Shown here piece by piece: positions 25,588 through 33,977 of a DNA stretch of 64,000 bases. The translations under genes were made by a program, and so were the position numbers. The notes beneath the pieces were generated by a model, which ran no database searches, had not been told where the DNA came from, and saw only the letters and a list, made by a program, of their open reading frames with translations. The number at the start of each line of letters is the position of its first letter. Positions within the stretch are counted from its first letter, which is position 1. Source of the DNA: a virus. The stretch lies in IMG/VR virus record IMGVR_UViG_3300044274_000305. The stretch is one strand, 5' to 3'.

Positions 25588-26103
25588 TTAATCCATACGA
25601 AGCGGGGAGTCGCTTTCGATCACGGCATCTATCCAGCAGCCTTCGAAGCCTTCCCCCTCGTATTTGAGCGCTTCAGCGGTTGCGCCATTCGGTGCGATCC
25701 ATTGTTTGAACGCAGCGATTGCCGCCGAGCGGGTGAATCTGTTGTAGATCTCGGTTGACGCTTCATCGTCGCCATAGGCGCGGCCCGTTACGGCATAGTT
25801 CTTGACCGGCTCAGCGTCCTTGCCTTCAGCTTCGGCGACGGCAGCCCGAACGGCCTTTGTAAAGGTCATGTCCGGGTAATTCTGCTCTATCAGGTCGCAC
25901 CATTCGAAAACGGACCGGAGCGCCGATTGCATGGTTTCCGACGCGGCAAACAGCCTTGCCAGGCGCGCGGCTTCTTCATTCCCAATTGCCGCGCTGAAGA
26001 CTTCGGCAATCTCGTTTTCGCCGTCGTCAAGGATATGTGCGCCGGTGATTTGGCTTTGGTTGTAGTAGAGTTTCACGGGTAATCCCTCCGTTGTCGGGTT
26101 CAT
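25588..26103 (-). CDS. hypothetical protein
   Basis: ATG 26103 (MNPTTEG). Confidence 0.55.
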   Translation of the reverse strand: MNPTTEGLPVKLYYNQSQITGAHILDDGENEIAEVFSAAIGNEEAARLARLFAASETMQSALRSVFEWCDLIEQNYPDMTFTKAVRAAVAEAEGKDAEPVKNYAVTGRAYGDDEASTEIYNRFTRSAAIAAFKQWIAPNGATAEALKYEGEGFEGCWIDAVIESDSPLRMD

Positions 26104-26149
26104 AGACCGGCCCATGTCGGGCCGGTGGTTTAGGCAAATGACCGGCCCA

Positions 26150-26701
26150 TCAGGCGCGGATCATTTCCGAGTAGATGTCCTGAATGACAGCGTCCAAGAA
26201 GATGGCTTGCCCCGTGGTGGTCCGGCCCCAAATGGTCAGACCGGCAAAGTCTTTATCGACTCGTTCACCACGCTCTTCGAGCCGGTCAGCCAGCCAGTCC
26301 GACACAATCCAGTGTTCGTAGATTTCGCGGTCGTGCGGCTCAACGTCATCGTGCTGGCAGGCAAGTTCTGCAGTATCGGCGGTAAGGCAGGGAAAGCCGC
26401 GCTTTTCGGTCTCGTCATCGTCGTTCCCGTCGCCATCCTTGTCCATTCGCCACCAGTACCCAGGTTCTACGTCTTTGGCGGCAGAGTCATCGGAATACGG
26501 TTGAAACGTCCAACCGGCGTCAATCGCGGCGTCGTCATAGTCCTGAACCGGATAGGTAAGCTCACTTGCCGCTTCCATCAGGCTTTCAAGATCGCTTCCA
26601 CCCTGAGAAACCACCGGCAACGGGTTGTTTGCCAGAGTATGCACCAAGCTGCTTGCGCAATAGTGGACTTCGCGTCTGGTGAAGTCTTCAATCGTGATCA
26701 T
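26150..26701 (-). CDS. conserved-looking phage hypothetical protein
   Basis: EIYEHWIVSDWLADRL..GE.V..WGRTTTGQAI; preceded by the leader element. Confidence 0.65.
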   Translation of the reverse strand: MITIEDFTRREVHYCASSLVHTLANNPLPVVSQGGSDLESLMEAASELTYPVQDYDDAAIDAGWTFQPYSDDSAAKDVEPGYWWRMDKDGDGNDDDETEKRGFPCLTADTAELACQHDDVEPHDREIYEHWIVSDWLADRLEERGERVDKDFAGLTIWGRTTTGQAIFLDAVIQDIYSEMIRA

Positions 26702-26736
26702 GGGTCTATTCCTTCGAATGTGCCAAAGATGGCGGG

Positions 26737-27378
26737 TTAGTGAGACCGGCCGAGCTGCCTCGGTGTGAATGCATCGGCGGGAAATCCCTGAAACCGGGAA
26801 GGGGCCGGAACCTTGTCGTCTTTGGTCCGGTTGTGCCGCACGACGCAGAAATAGGCGAAGAGTAAGCCACGGTCCGGCTTATCGGTGGAGGCGATATACC
26901 GGCGCAAATGCTCCTCGGACGTGGCAAGAACGTCTGCGTATGGAATGGCGTAGGCCATGGCTTCAGGGCTGATCTTGGGCCGCGTGACCTGGTCCATGGT
27001 CGAAGGCTTGCGCCGGTAGTGTTCCTTGACCCTCACCAGCTTCCCGGATGTCACGGCGTCGAACACTTCGACCATTTCAATGGTGACTCGGGTGGCGTTC
27101 ACCGTTTCGGACTTGGTGCAGAGGAAAAGGGCTTGTTTCTTGGTCAGCCAGTATTCCCGGCCAGGTCTGCCGCCATTGGAGGTAGTTTTCCGCACCGTGC
27201 GGAAAACCTCACCAAAGCGGCGTAAGGCTGTTTCATGGCGCGTGATCAGTGGACGGATATCCGCAGGCCGATGAAATCCCAACGCCTCGGCAAGCCGGAT
27301 ATCCAGAATGCGCGGTTCGTGATTGATGGTGGTGTTGATGTCTGAAACGGACAGAGTCCGGGTATTGTCAGCGGACAT
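26737..27378 (-). CDS. Rha-like phage antirepressor/regulator
   Basis: EPRILDIRLAEALGF, GGRPGREYWLTKKQALFLC; ATG 27378 with AGGAG SD. Confidence 0.7.
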   Translation of the reverse strand: MSADNTRTLSVSDINTTINHEPRILDIRLAEALGFHRPADIRPLITRHETALRRFGEVFRTVRKTTSNGGRPGREYWLTKKQALFLCTKSETVNATRVTIEMVEVFDAVTSGKLVRVKEHYRRKPSTMDQVTRPKISPEAMAYAIPYADVLATSEEHLRRYIASTDKPDRGLLFAYFCVVRHNRTKDDKVPAPSRFQGFPADAFTPRQLGRSH

Positions 27379-27410
27379 GGCTGGTCTCCTGAAGTTGGTT
27401 CCAGCCCGAT

Positions 27411-27627
27411 CACCCCTCGCCAAAAGGGTGGCCGAGCAACAACGGGTTGGCGAACCGGACTCCAGGAACCGGCAGACCTGACGGTCTCCCATTGCGCTCG
27501 ACCATAAAAAACCACGCTCATGATGGTCATGGCGCGGTGAGCGCCTGGAGGTAATCGGGTCGCCAAACCCGGTAGCGGAGTTTGCCGCTACGCCAATTAC
27601 AGTGACGGGAAACCGGATCAAAGTCAA
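27411..27627 (-). promoter_or_regulatory. promoter plus P4 CI/P1 c4-like (Ash-type) antisense leader of the antirepressor
   Basis: TTGACT at 27627-27622; mutually complementary boxes TTTGGCGACC (27557-27570), GGTTCGCCAA (27444-27456) and TTTTGGCGAG (27411-27430); hairpin 27572-27591. Confidence 0.5.
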
Positions 27628-27687
27628 TGAAAATGCGGCGGAAACGCTGCAAATTCCTTGGTTCCCCTGGTATCCCGGCACCATGTC

Positions 27688-27813
27688 TTACCCCACCAGC
27701 CATGCGGCTTTACGAGCGCGAACGTTGCGCCGATCGGTGCGGCGTTCCCGTCCCTCGGGACGTTTCGCAAACGGCTCACGGGGCGGAAAACTGTTCCTGA
27801 TAGTGCTAGGCAT
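27688..27813 (-). CDS. 41 aa Arg-rich peptide (not in the ORF track)
   Basis: MPSTIRNSFPPREPFAKRPEGRERRTDRRNVRARKAAWLVG, directly behind a leader element and SD. Confidence 0.5.
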   Translation of the reverse strand: MPSTIRNSFPPREPFAKRPEGRERRTDRRNVRARKAAWLVG

Positions 27814-27902
27814 AGGTTTGTCCTTTCGAGGTGCCAAAGGTGGCGGTTGTGGGTCTTGTCACCCATCAGAACCGGTCATTGCCTGACCGGCTCGAATTGG
27901 CG

Positions 27903-28250
27903 TCAAGCGGCTTCCTCATCATTGAAGCAAGGGAACCAATCCGGATCGTCGTGGATCAGATCGGACACGGACGGGAACATGCTCATAGGAAACGACCTGG
28001 TGCGGCGAATGGTTGTGCCGCCTGACCTGGACGTCCTGGTAACGACGATTTCACCCTGTGCGATTGAACAGCTTTGAAAGTCACCGTCATTTGTGGCGCG
28101 CAACACGTGGTCGCGCAAAGTCCCCGGCTCGATAAACCGGCGCTGTTCTCCGGATAGATCATATTCGAGATCTTTCCAGCACTCGCCGCACGGCATCCAG
28201 ATATATCCGACGAGGTAGCCCGTGATTTTGATCTGTGTCGCGGTATTCAT
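27903..28250 (-). CDS. hypothetical protein
   Basis: 115 aa, GGGAGG SD. Confidence 0.6.
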   Translation of the reverse strand: MNTATQIKITGYLVGYIWMPCGECWKDLEYDLSGEQRRFIEPGTLRDHVLRATNDGDFQSCSIAQGEIVVTRTSRSGGTTIRRTRSFPMSMFPSVSDLIHDDPDWFPCFNDEEAA

Positions 28251-28444
28251 GCTGCAAACCTCCCTGTTTCATTGTCTGCAACGAACAGGATCTTGAACCA
28301 AAAGCCAGGCTTGCCACGGGTGACAATCTCCATGTCGGCAAGGGCTTTATGCTTGGCTTGGATCGGGTGATACGCGTGCCGATAGCAGTTGAAATCACCG
28401 TTCACGTTCCGGAACCGGATGCGATAGCAACGCTTTGTCATCAT
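28247..28444 (-). CDS. hypothetical protein
   Basis: 65 aa, coupled on both sides. Confidence 0.55.
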   Translation of the reverse strand: MMTKRCYRIRFRNVNGDFNCYRHAYHPIQAKHKALADMEIVTRGKPGFWFKILFVADNETGRFAA

Positions 28445-28662
28445 GCGGCCCTCTTCATAGCTGCATAGGACCGGGCCAGCTGGTAAGCGTCACTTTCGTT
28501 GCACAGCCAAGACTGGTGGGCCAAGCTGTCACACTGAGCGGCGGACCGGCTTTCATAGAATTCGCGCTGTTTCCGTGCAAAGCTGGGATCGAGATCGGCC
28601 GTAAGAGCGTGGTAATCGCTGATTTGTTCCGGCGTCAGAATGTCAGTCCAACGGTTGCTCAT
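28441..28662 (-). CDS. hypothetical protein
   Basis: ATG 28662 (MSNRWTD), behind a leader element. Confidence 0.6.
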   Translation of the reverse strand: MSNRWTDILTPEQISDYHALTADLDPSFARKQREFYESRSAAQCDSLAHQSWLCNESDAYQLARSYAAMKRAA

Positions 28663-28811
28663 TTTCCGTTCCTTCGTGCCATTGGTGGCGGATTGGATTA
28701 GCTGGCGACCAACGGGCCTCGAACCCTTCCGGCGCTCGCATACAGGGCATGCAAGACGGTCGCTTGTTGATCGCCAGCAAGGCGGGGCGCACGGCCCGGC
28801 CTGACTTCCAA

Positions 28812-29033
28812 TCAATTCGCTTGAATGCAGATGATGTCTTGCCAATTGTCCGGCACGACTGCGTTTTGCCACGCGGCCCGGCAATCGTCGCCGGAACCGA
28901 TAACAAGCTCCATGCCGTCGGTAGTACCGACAACCAGGTCATAGACCGGCGGTTCGGGCCAAAACAGAATAAGCACGGTAATGGCGGCGCTGACCGATGC
29001 GGCCAAAGCATGAATGAATGCGTGAATGGTCAT
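28812..29033 (-). CDS. small single-TM protein
   Basis: ATG 29033, hydrophobic N-terminus. Confidence 0.55.
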   Translation of the reverse strand: MTIHAFIHALAASVSAAITVLILFWPEPPVYDLVVGTTDGMELVIGSGDDCRAAWQNAVVPDNWQDIICIQAN

Positions 29034-29043
29034 AGGTGCCTCC

Positions 29044-29214
29044 TCAATAGCCGAGCCATGCCAGCACGTCGCTGGCCAGGTATTCCGGCTTGTCGCCGCA
29101 TTCCTCGAAGAATTGGGCGAAGTCTTCAGTTTGGAAAATGCCGTGGTCTTTGAGCTCACGGATTGCGCGGGCTTTGGAAATCGTTAGGCCCTGTGCGCTT
29201 TCGCTATAGGTCAT
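29044..29214 (-). CDS. 56 aa hypothetical protein, first gene of the second leftward operon (not in the ORF track)
   Basis: MTYSESAQGLTISKARAIRELKDHG...LAWLGY, AAGGA SD. Confidence 0.6.
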   Translation of the reverse strand: MTYSESAQGLTISKARAIRELKDHGIFQTEDFAQFFEECGDKPEYLASDVLAWLGY

Positions 29215-29281
29215 CTGCGTTCTTCCTTGCCAGTGTTGGCGGTTCGTGGGTGGCTGGTTTTCCCTGCCTGTCTATGATTTG

Positions 29282-29309
29282 ATTATACACATTGTGGGAA
29301 TTTTCCCAA
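29282..29309 (-). promoter_or_regulatory. leftward promoter with operator box
   Basis: TATAAT at 29287-29282; box gtgggaattttcccaa at 29294-29309; -35 is poor. Confidence 0.65.
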
Positions 29310-29809
29310 ACAAAAAACGCAGCAAAACCAAAGTTTTTTGTGATCGGCCCGGCCCGGCGCGCGTCCCTTCTGCCCCTTGTTCGATGCGGGACGCAGTCCG
29401 TATCGAACCGCCGGAAGGCGGACCGGCTGCCCCTCGTCCCGATAGGCCCATGGCATGCACCGCGCACAAGGTGCCGTCACCGAAGGGCGCAACGCAGTGA
29501 AGCACCGCGCAAGCGGTTGACGGTGCCGAGCACGGTGCGACGCTCCGGCCTCGAGGGATTAGGGCTTGCCATCCTGGTCGGACCAGCGGACCGGCCCGCA
29601 CAGTAGCTCACAGATCATGAACCATAGAGAACACATGGCATAGCGCACGCACCATGCGTGCCCCGTGCTGCCCCGTGCTGCCCTGCCTGGTGCTGCCTCA
29701 CAGCTGGCAGCTGGGGGATGCGAATAAACAAGGGCTGAGAGCGCGTGCGTCCTGTCTGGCGTGCCCCCAGCCCGGCAGGCCGGCGACGCGCGCCACGTCA
29801 AGCCCCAGA

Positions 29810-29915
29810 GCCCGCCGGCGACGGTCTGAGGGGGGTGGGGTCGGTCTTAAAGATTGGGGTCGCGGGGCCTAACCGGCGTGTGCGGTCATTTTTCGCGCCG
29901 GGGAGAAAAAAATTC
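29810..29915 (+). other. putative packaging (cos) region
   Basis: G-run ggggggtggggtc..aaccggcg..ggtcatttttcgcgcc within about 0.8 kb of non-coding GC-rich DNA. Confidence 0.35.
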
Positions 29916-29920
29916 GGAGA

Positions 29921-29964
29921 GTGGGAAATTTCCCATTGACGCGTGGGAAGAGGTGTGCAAGAAA
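29921..29964 (+). promoter_or_regulatory. rightward promoter with operator box
   Basis: gtgggaaatttcccat (29921-29936) abuts TTGACG (29936-29941); half-site gtgggaag at 29943. Confidence 0.65.
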
Positions 29965-30013
29965 TCACTCATTGGTGATACTCACCACGGCAAAACATCA
30001 ACAACCGGTGAAA

Positions 30014-30193
30014 ATGACTTTCGAAGATCTCGAGAGTTGGCGGGCTGAGCAAAAGCTGAGCATCAAGGCCGCATGCCTTCTGCTGGGCATCTCCTGGAAC
30101 AAGTGGGATGCAATGCGGGTGGCCGGCACTGTGCCGCGGACAGTCCATCTCGCCTGGTTGGCGGTTTACCACCGTTTGGACAGGAGGATTTGA
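30014..30193 (+). CDS. small XRE-like HTH protein
   Basis: WRAEQKLSIKAACLLLGIS. Confidence 0.6.
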   Translation: MTFEDLESWRAEQKLSIKAACLLLGISWNKWDAMRVAGTVPRTVHLAWLAVYHRLDRRI

Positions 30194-30687
30194 TGAATTT
30201 CGATCGCGCTATATTTGTGGTCAACGAGAATATCCGGGCCATCATGGTCGAGTACGAACCTGACGTCGCGGCGAAGGGTGGACCCAAGAACACCAGCCTG
30301 TTCAAGACTCTCGACAAAATGGTTCGGGTCGATGATTTCGTGATCGTTCCCACCAACTCCCGGGCTCACATGACGGTCGCACAGGTCGTTGAGGTGGATG
30401 TCGCGATCGAGATCAAGTCCGGCGGCCCGATCCCCTGGCTTATTGGTGTGGTCGATGGTGGCAAGATCGACGAGCATGAAAAGCTCAAGGCGATGGAAGC
30501 CGACGCCATCACGAAGCTGAAGGTTGTCGAAAAGCAGAACGAGCGCCGGCAACTGCGTGCCGATCTTGAAGCCTATCAGCGCGATGCCATCAATGGTCTC
30601 GAGATTGCTCAGCTTGGCGCACCCGTGTCGCCAGAAGCTCCGCCGTCACCGCCCCCTTCCGGGACGTCTGCTCCGCTCGATTTCTAG
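30193..30687 (+). CDS. hypothetical phage protein
   Basis: GGAGG SD, ATG 30193. Confidence 0.65.
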   Translation: MNFDRAIFVVNENIRAIMVEYEPDVAAKGGPKNTSLFKTLDKMVRVDDFVIVPTNSRAHMTVAQVVEVDVAIEIKSGGPIPWLIGVVDGGKIDEHEKLKAMEADAITKLKVVEKQNERRQLRADLEAYQRDAINGLEIAQLGAPVSPEAPPSPPPSGTSAPLDF

Positions 30688-30853
30688 CCGAACCTTTGCC
30701 GTGACCTGGTGCTCTTGACCCCACAGGAGCGGCATCTGGGATCCATACGGATCCCACGCTGACTCACTCAGCGTGACTTCTGACCGGAGAAAGGCGTGGG
30801 GTTTCAAAGGCGTAGTCAATCTCCGGAAAAGAAGATTAGCGGAGTTTTCGAGG

Positions 30854-31030
30854 ATGGCAAGTTGCCCGAAATGCGGAAAGCCGAGGCTTCGGAAAGACCG
30901 CGAAAATCGCCGATTTTGCTCACATTGCGGGATCCTCCGCGGAATTTTGAACATGTGTCGGGCCGGCGTTCCGGTTCCGCCACCACAGGAAATGATAACA
31001 GAGCGGGGTAACCCGCCACTCGGGACTTAA
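30854..31030 (+). CDS. zinc-ribbon protein
   Basis: CPKCG..FCSHCG. Confidence 0.5.
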   Translation: MASCPKCGKPRLRKDRENRRFCSHCGILRGILNMCRAGVPVPPPQEMITERGNPPLGT

Positions 31031-31142
31031 ACTCGCGGCCGGGCAGCTGTTTCCTCCCTCTCACTCAACATCCCGCAAGCCCGGCCGTCTTTTCGAACTG
31101 CCTTGACCGGCATTTCCAATAGACGAAGCAGCGAGGTGAAAC

Positions 31143-31478
31143 ATGGACAAACTTCCATCGATATCAGACCTGGCGGAAACCTTCGGTCTGTCAATGCGCA
31201 CCCTTCGCTTTTGGGAGCAGAAGGGACTGGTTAAGCCGGTGGCGCGCGAAAGCAACCGGAGAGTCTACACCCAGGTCGAGGCTGCCCATGTCGGCGTGCT
31301 GGTCCGGTTGAGAAAGTGCCTTTTCCCGCTCGACACCATGAAGGAATGGCGCGGCGCCAGCGACGAGGTGAAGCGGAAGCTGCTGCTGCAGCAATTCTCC
31401 GACAACGCGAAGTCGATCGCTGACCTCACGGTCGCTCAGATCGAGATCGAGAAGATGATCGACGAGTTGGACGGTTGA
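31143..31478 (+). CDS. MerR-family transcriptional regulator
   Basis: SISDLAETFGLSMRTLRFWEQKGLVKP..RRVY. Confidence 0.85.
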   Translation: MDKLPSISDLAETFGLSMRTLRFWEQKGLVKPVARESNRRVYTQVEAAHVGVLVRLRKCLFPLDTMKEWRGASDEVKRKLLLQQFSDNAKSIADLTVAQIEIEKMIDELDG

Positions 31479-31710
31479 GAGCGATGCCGCGTTTCATCTG
31501 GTTTTTGTGGTGGTTTCTTGTTTGGCCACCACCGCTTCGACAGCCGTCGTACCGACCGGTCCCGGTAGACGACGAGATGCAGGGCGATTGGACCGACCAA
31601 CCGCGCTACCGCCGAGAGAAGGACTTGGTCTGGTAGCCCCTCCCCGGAAGACAACACGGCCCAGGAGCACTGCATCGCTCCTGGGTAAAGCGGAAAAAGG
31701 AAACACGATT

Positions 31711-31899
31711 TTGCCAAGTCCGATCATGAAATACTTCGAGTATGCCCACTTGCCGGCGCATTTGCAGGAAGTCAGCAAGCCTATCGGCGAGATCGCTGTC
31801 GAGATGGATATCAGCCTGCCGGATGGACCGGAGAAAAGCGCTGGTCTGCGGAAACTCCTCGAAGCGAAGGACTGTCTTGTCCGGGCGCGTCTCGGATAA
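31711..31899 (+). CDS. Acb2/Tad1-hairpin-like small protein (candidate nucleotide sponge)
   Basis: YFEYAHLPAHLQEVSKPIGEIA..LPDGPEKSAGLRKLLEAKDCLVRA; TTG 31711 (or ATG 31726). Confidence 0.55.
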   Translation: MPSPIMKYFEYAHLPAHLQEVSKPIGEIAVEMDISLPDGPEKSAGLRKLLEAKDCLVRARLG

Positions 31900-31965
31900 C
31901 TGCGTTCGCTCAATTCCGGCGCATCGGTCCGGTGCGTCGTGATGGAACGGAAACAGGAGGGTTAC

Positions 31966-32163
31966 ATGCTCAAGTTTACCGACATCAAGGAAGGCATGGT
32001 GGTCAAGACACTGCCGATCATCGACTGCATCAAGCCGGGAAACCACGTCGTGCAGAAAGATGAAACTGGCGAACTGTTTATCCCCTGCGTGGCGGGTAAG
32101 CATTTCCTCTCCGGCCATGAGTGTGAAGACGGCATTATGTTCGGCATGGAGCAAGCCGAGTGA
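31966..32163 (+). CDS. hypothetical protein
   Basis: AGGAGG SD before ATG 31966. Confidence 0.55.
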   Translation: MLKFTDIKEGMVVKTLPIIDCIKPGNHVVQKDETGELFIPCVAGKHFLSGHECEDGIMFGMEQAE

Positions 32164-32624
32164 TGGCCTATGCCTCCAAGACTGAAGTTCCAGTCGAAAA
32201 AACCAAGGCCGAGATTGAGAAGATCGTCAATCGTTCCGGCGCCGACAGTTTCATGTCTTTCACCGAGAAGACAGGGGCGAAGATCGCCTTCGAGCTAAAT
32301 GGTCGCCGGATCCTGTTCGTTCTTCCGCTCCCGAACCGGACCGACGAAGAATTTTGGCGCCATAGCCGCGGCCGGCGAACTGAATCCTCGGCATTCGCGC
32401 ATTGGGAACAGGCCTGCCGGTCCCGGTGGCGCGCGCTGTTCCTCACGATCAAGGCCAAGCTCGAGAGCATCGAGGCCGGTATCGAGACGTTCGACGAGGC
32501 CTTCCTTGCCCACATCATGACGCCCGACGGTGCCCGGTTCGCAGAAACAGCGGTTCCGGCGATCGAGAGGGCTTACCAGGATCACGGTGCGCCGGTTCTG
32601 CGGCTCGAAGGTCCGAAGGGGTAA
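32163..32624 (+). CDS. conserved phage hypothetical protein
   Basis: RWRALFLTIKAKLESIEAGIETFDEAFLAHIMTPDG. Confidence 0.7.
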   Translation: MAYASKTEVPVEKTKAEIEKIVNRSGADSFMSFTEKTGAKIAFELNGRRILFVLPLPNRTDEEFWRHSRGRRTESSAFAHWEQACRSRWRALFLTIKAKLESIEAGIETFDEAFLAHIMTPDGARFAETAVPAIERAYQDHGAPVLRLEGPKG

Positions 32625-32626
32625 AA

Positions 32627-33550
32627 ATGGCTGAGACGAAGATCGAATGGGCGCATTTTACGCATAATCCATGGATCGGTTGCACCAAACTGAGCCCGGC
32701 ATGTGACAACTGCTACGCTGAAACTCAGAACAATCACCGGAAATGGGCTGTCGGCTGGGGGCCGCACGCACCGCGGAAGCGGACCAAAACCCGGTCACTT
32801 CTTCGGCTCTGGAACAAAGTCGCTGCCGAGCAGGACACTCGCAAGCGCGTGTTCGTCGCCAGCCTGGCCGACGTCGGCGACAATCACCGGTCTATCGAAC
32901 CGGAATGGCGCCGGCAGCTCGTCGACGACATCCGCCAATGCCGGAACCTGGACTTCCTTCTCCTGACCAAGCGTCCGCAGAACATGCCGAAGCTCTATCC
33001 AGACATGATGGAGGAGTGGCCTTCGAACGCCTGGATGGGAACCACGGTGGAGAACCAAGTCGAGGCGAACAGGAGGATTCCAGACCTCTTCCGGATCCCA
33101 GCACCGGTGTTGTTCCTGTCCTGTGAGCCGCTTCTGAGCGAATTAGTGCTCGATGATATGTGTGACGGCAACAAATTCTTCGACGCACTGCGGGGGAATT
33201 GGTGGCACGATAGCCCGGACGGATTGGCTGCTACGTCGAGCGGTAACCCCAAAATTAGTTGGGTAATCGCCGGAGGCGAAAGTGGCGGGAACGCCCGTCC
33301 ATCACATCCGGCTTGGTTCCGTTCCCTTCGTGACCAGTGCAAGAGGGCCAATGTCCCGTTTTTCTTCAAACAATGGGGAGAGTGGGCGTCGGTCCATCAC
33401 GGTCGAGAGGGAGATGAGGGAGTCTTCGTCTCCTCGGGACGGGATAGTGTCAAGCCGTCACCAATGGTCAGGATCGGCAAGGCGCGCGCCGGCCGGACGC
33501 TCGACGGTGTCTTGCACGACGCTTTTCCGGTGCTGGGAGAGGCGGCATGA
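32627..33550 (+). CDS. DUF5131 / Gp37-Gp68 family (radical-SAM-like) protein
   Basis: TKIEW..NPWIGCTKLSPACDNCYA, LLLTKRPQN, LSCEPLL, WVIAGGESG, FFFKQWG. Confidence 0.9.
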   Translation: MAETKIEWAHFTHNPWIGCTKLSPACDNCYAETQNNHRKWAVGWGPHAPRKRTKTRSLLRLWNKVAAEQDTRKRVFVASLADVGDNHRSIEPEWRRQLVDDIRQCRNLDFLLLTKRPQNMPKLYPDMMEEWPSNAWMGTTVENQVEANRRIPDLFRIPAPVLFLSCEPLLSELVLDDMCDGNKFFDALRGNWWHDSPDGLAATSSGNPKISWVIAGGESGGNARPSHPAWFRSLRDQCKRANVPFFFKQWGEWASVHHGREGDEGVFVSSGRDSVKPSPMVRIGKARAGRTLDGVLHDAFPVLGEAA

Positions 33551-33756
33551 GCGACCTTCAAGAACAAAGGTTTCCGATGCGTTGCGGCTGCGGTGGGCAT
33601 TTCCGTCGACCGACGTTTACGGACGCAGTGATTGGAAGTGTCCGGTGCTCAGCGTGTTCCAACTTTTGGGCCTTGCTGGAGGTGGACCGGCGCAGTGCGA
33701 TCGACCGGCATATGGAAGATCTGATCCGCGCCGCCGGCGTGGTGGTGAAAGATTGA
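33547..33756 (+). CDS. small zinc-ribbon protein
   Basis: CGC..CSAC. Confidence 0.5.
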   Translation: MSDLQEQRFPMRCGCGGHFRRPTFTDAVIGSVRCSACSNFWALLEVDRRSAIDRHMEDLIRAAGVVVKD

Positions 33757-33956
33757 GCTTTGCAGAGCGGCGGCGTGGAAAATCGCAGACACGCTCAAGA
33801 GACACGGAAATATGGCCCGGATAGTGCGGGCGGAAGCCCTGAGTATAAACAGGCATAGATGCCGCTTCCGTGGATCGCGCGGCCTCTCTGAGCGGTTGGG
33901 GCCCGCCCGAACAACCCCAAGCCGGGGTAGCGTCCGGCCCGCTCTGCAAAGCTCAA
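33753..33956 (+). ncRNA. structured RNA closed by a perfect 18-bp stem
   Basis: ttgagctttgcagagcgg (33753-33770) pairs with ccgctctgcaaagctcaa (33939-33956); internal hairpins. Confidence 0.6.
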
Positions 33957-33977
33957 CGGCGACACAGGAAAGCGAAC

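Larger units (their letters stand above)
25544..29242 (-). repeat. five dispersed leader elements CCG(C/T)CA-N4-TG(G/A)C...AGGA in front of SD sequences
   Basis: Copies at 25544-25569, 26710-26735, 27821-27846, 28670-28691, 29224-29242. Confidence 0.7.

Noticed and set aside
27821-27890. Hammerhead-like ctgatg...gaaa
   Set aside because: Core is CTGATGG rather than CTGANGA, and the stems do not form.
28679-28745. tRNA-like look (gggttcgaggccc and ...ccgccacca on the minus strand)
   Set aside because: The T-arm-like hairpin and CCA-like end are not in tRNA order; the end is one of the leader repeats.
29194-29215. Near match to unit E spacers at the start of the first leftward gene (gatgaccta-tag-cgaaagcgc)
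   Set aside because: 8/9 and 7/9 matches in the wrong order with a 3-nt gap; a rough estimate gives about one or more such hits by chance in 64 kb.
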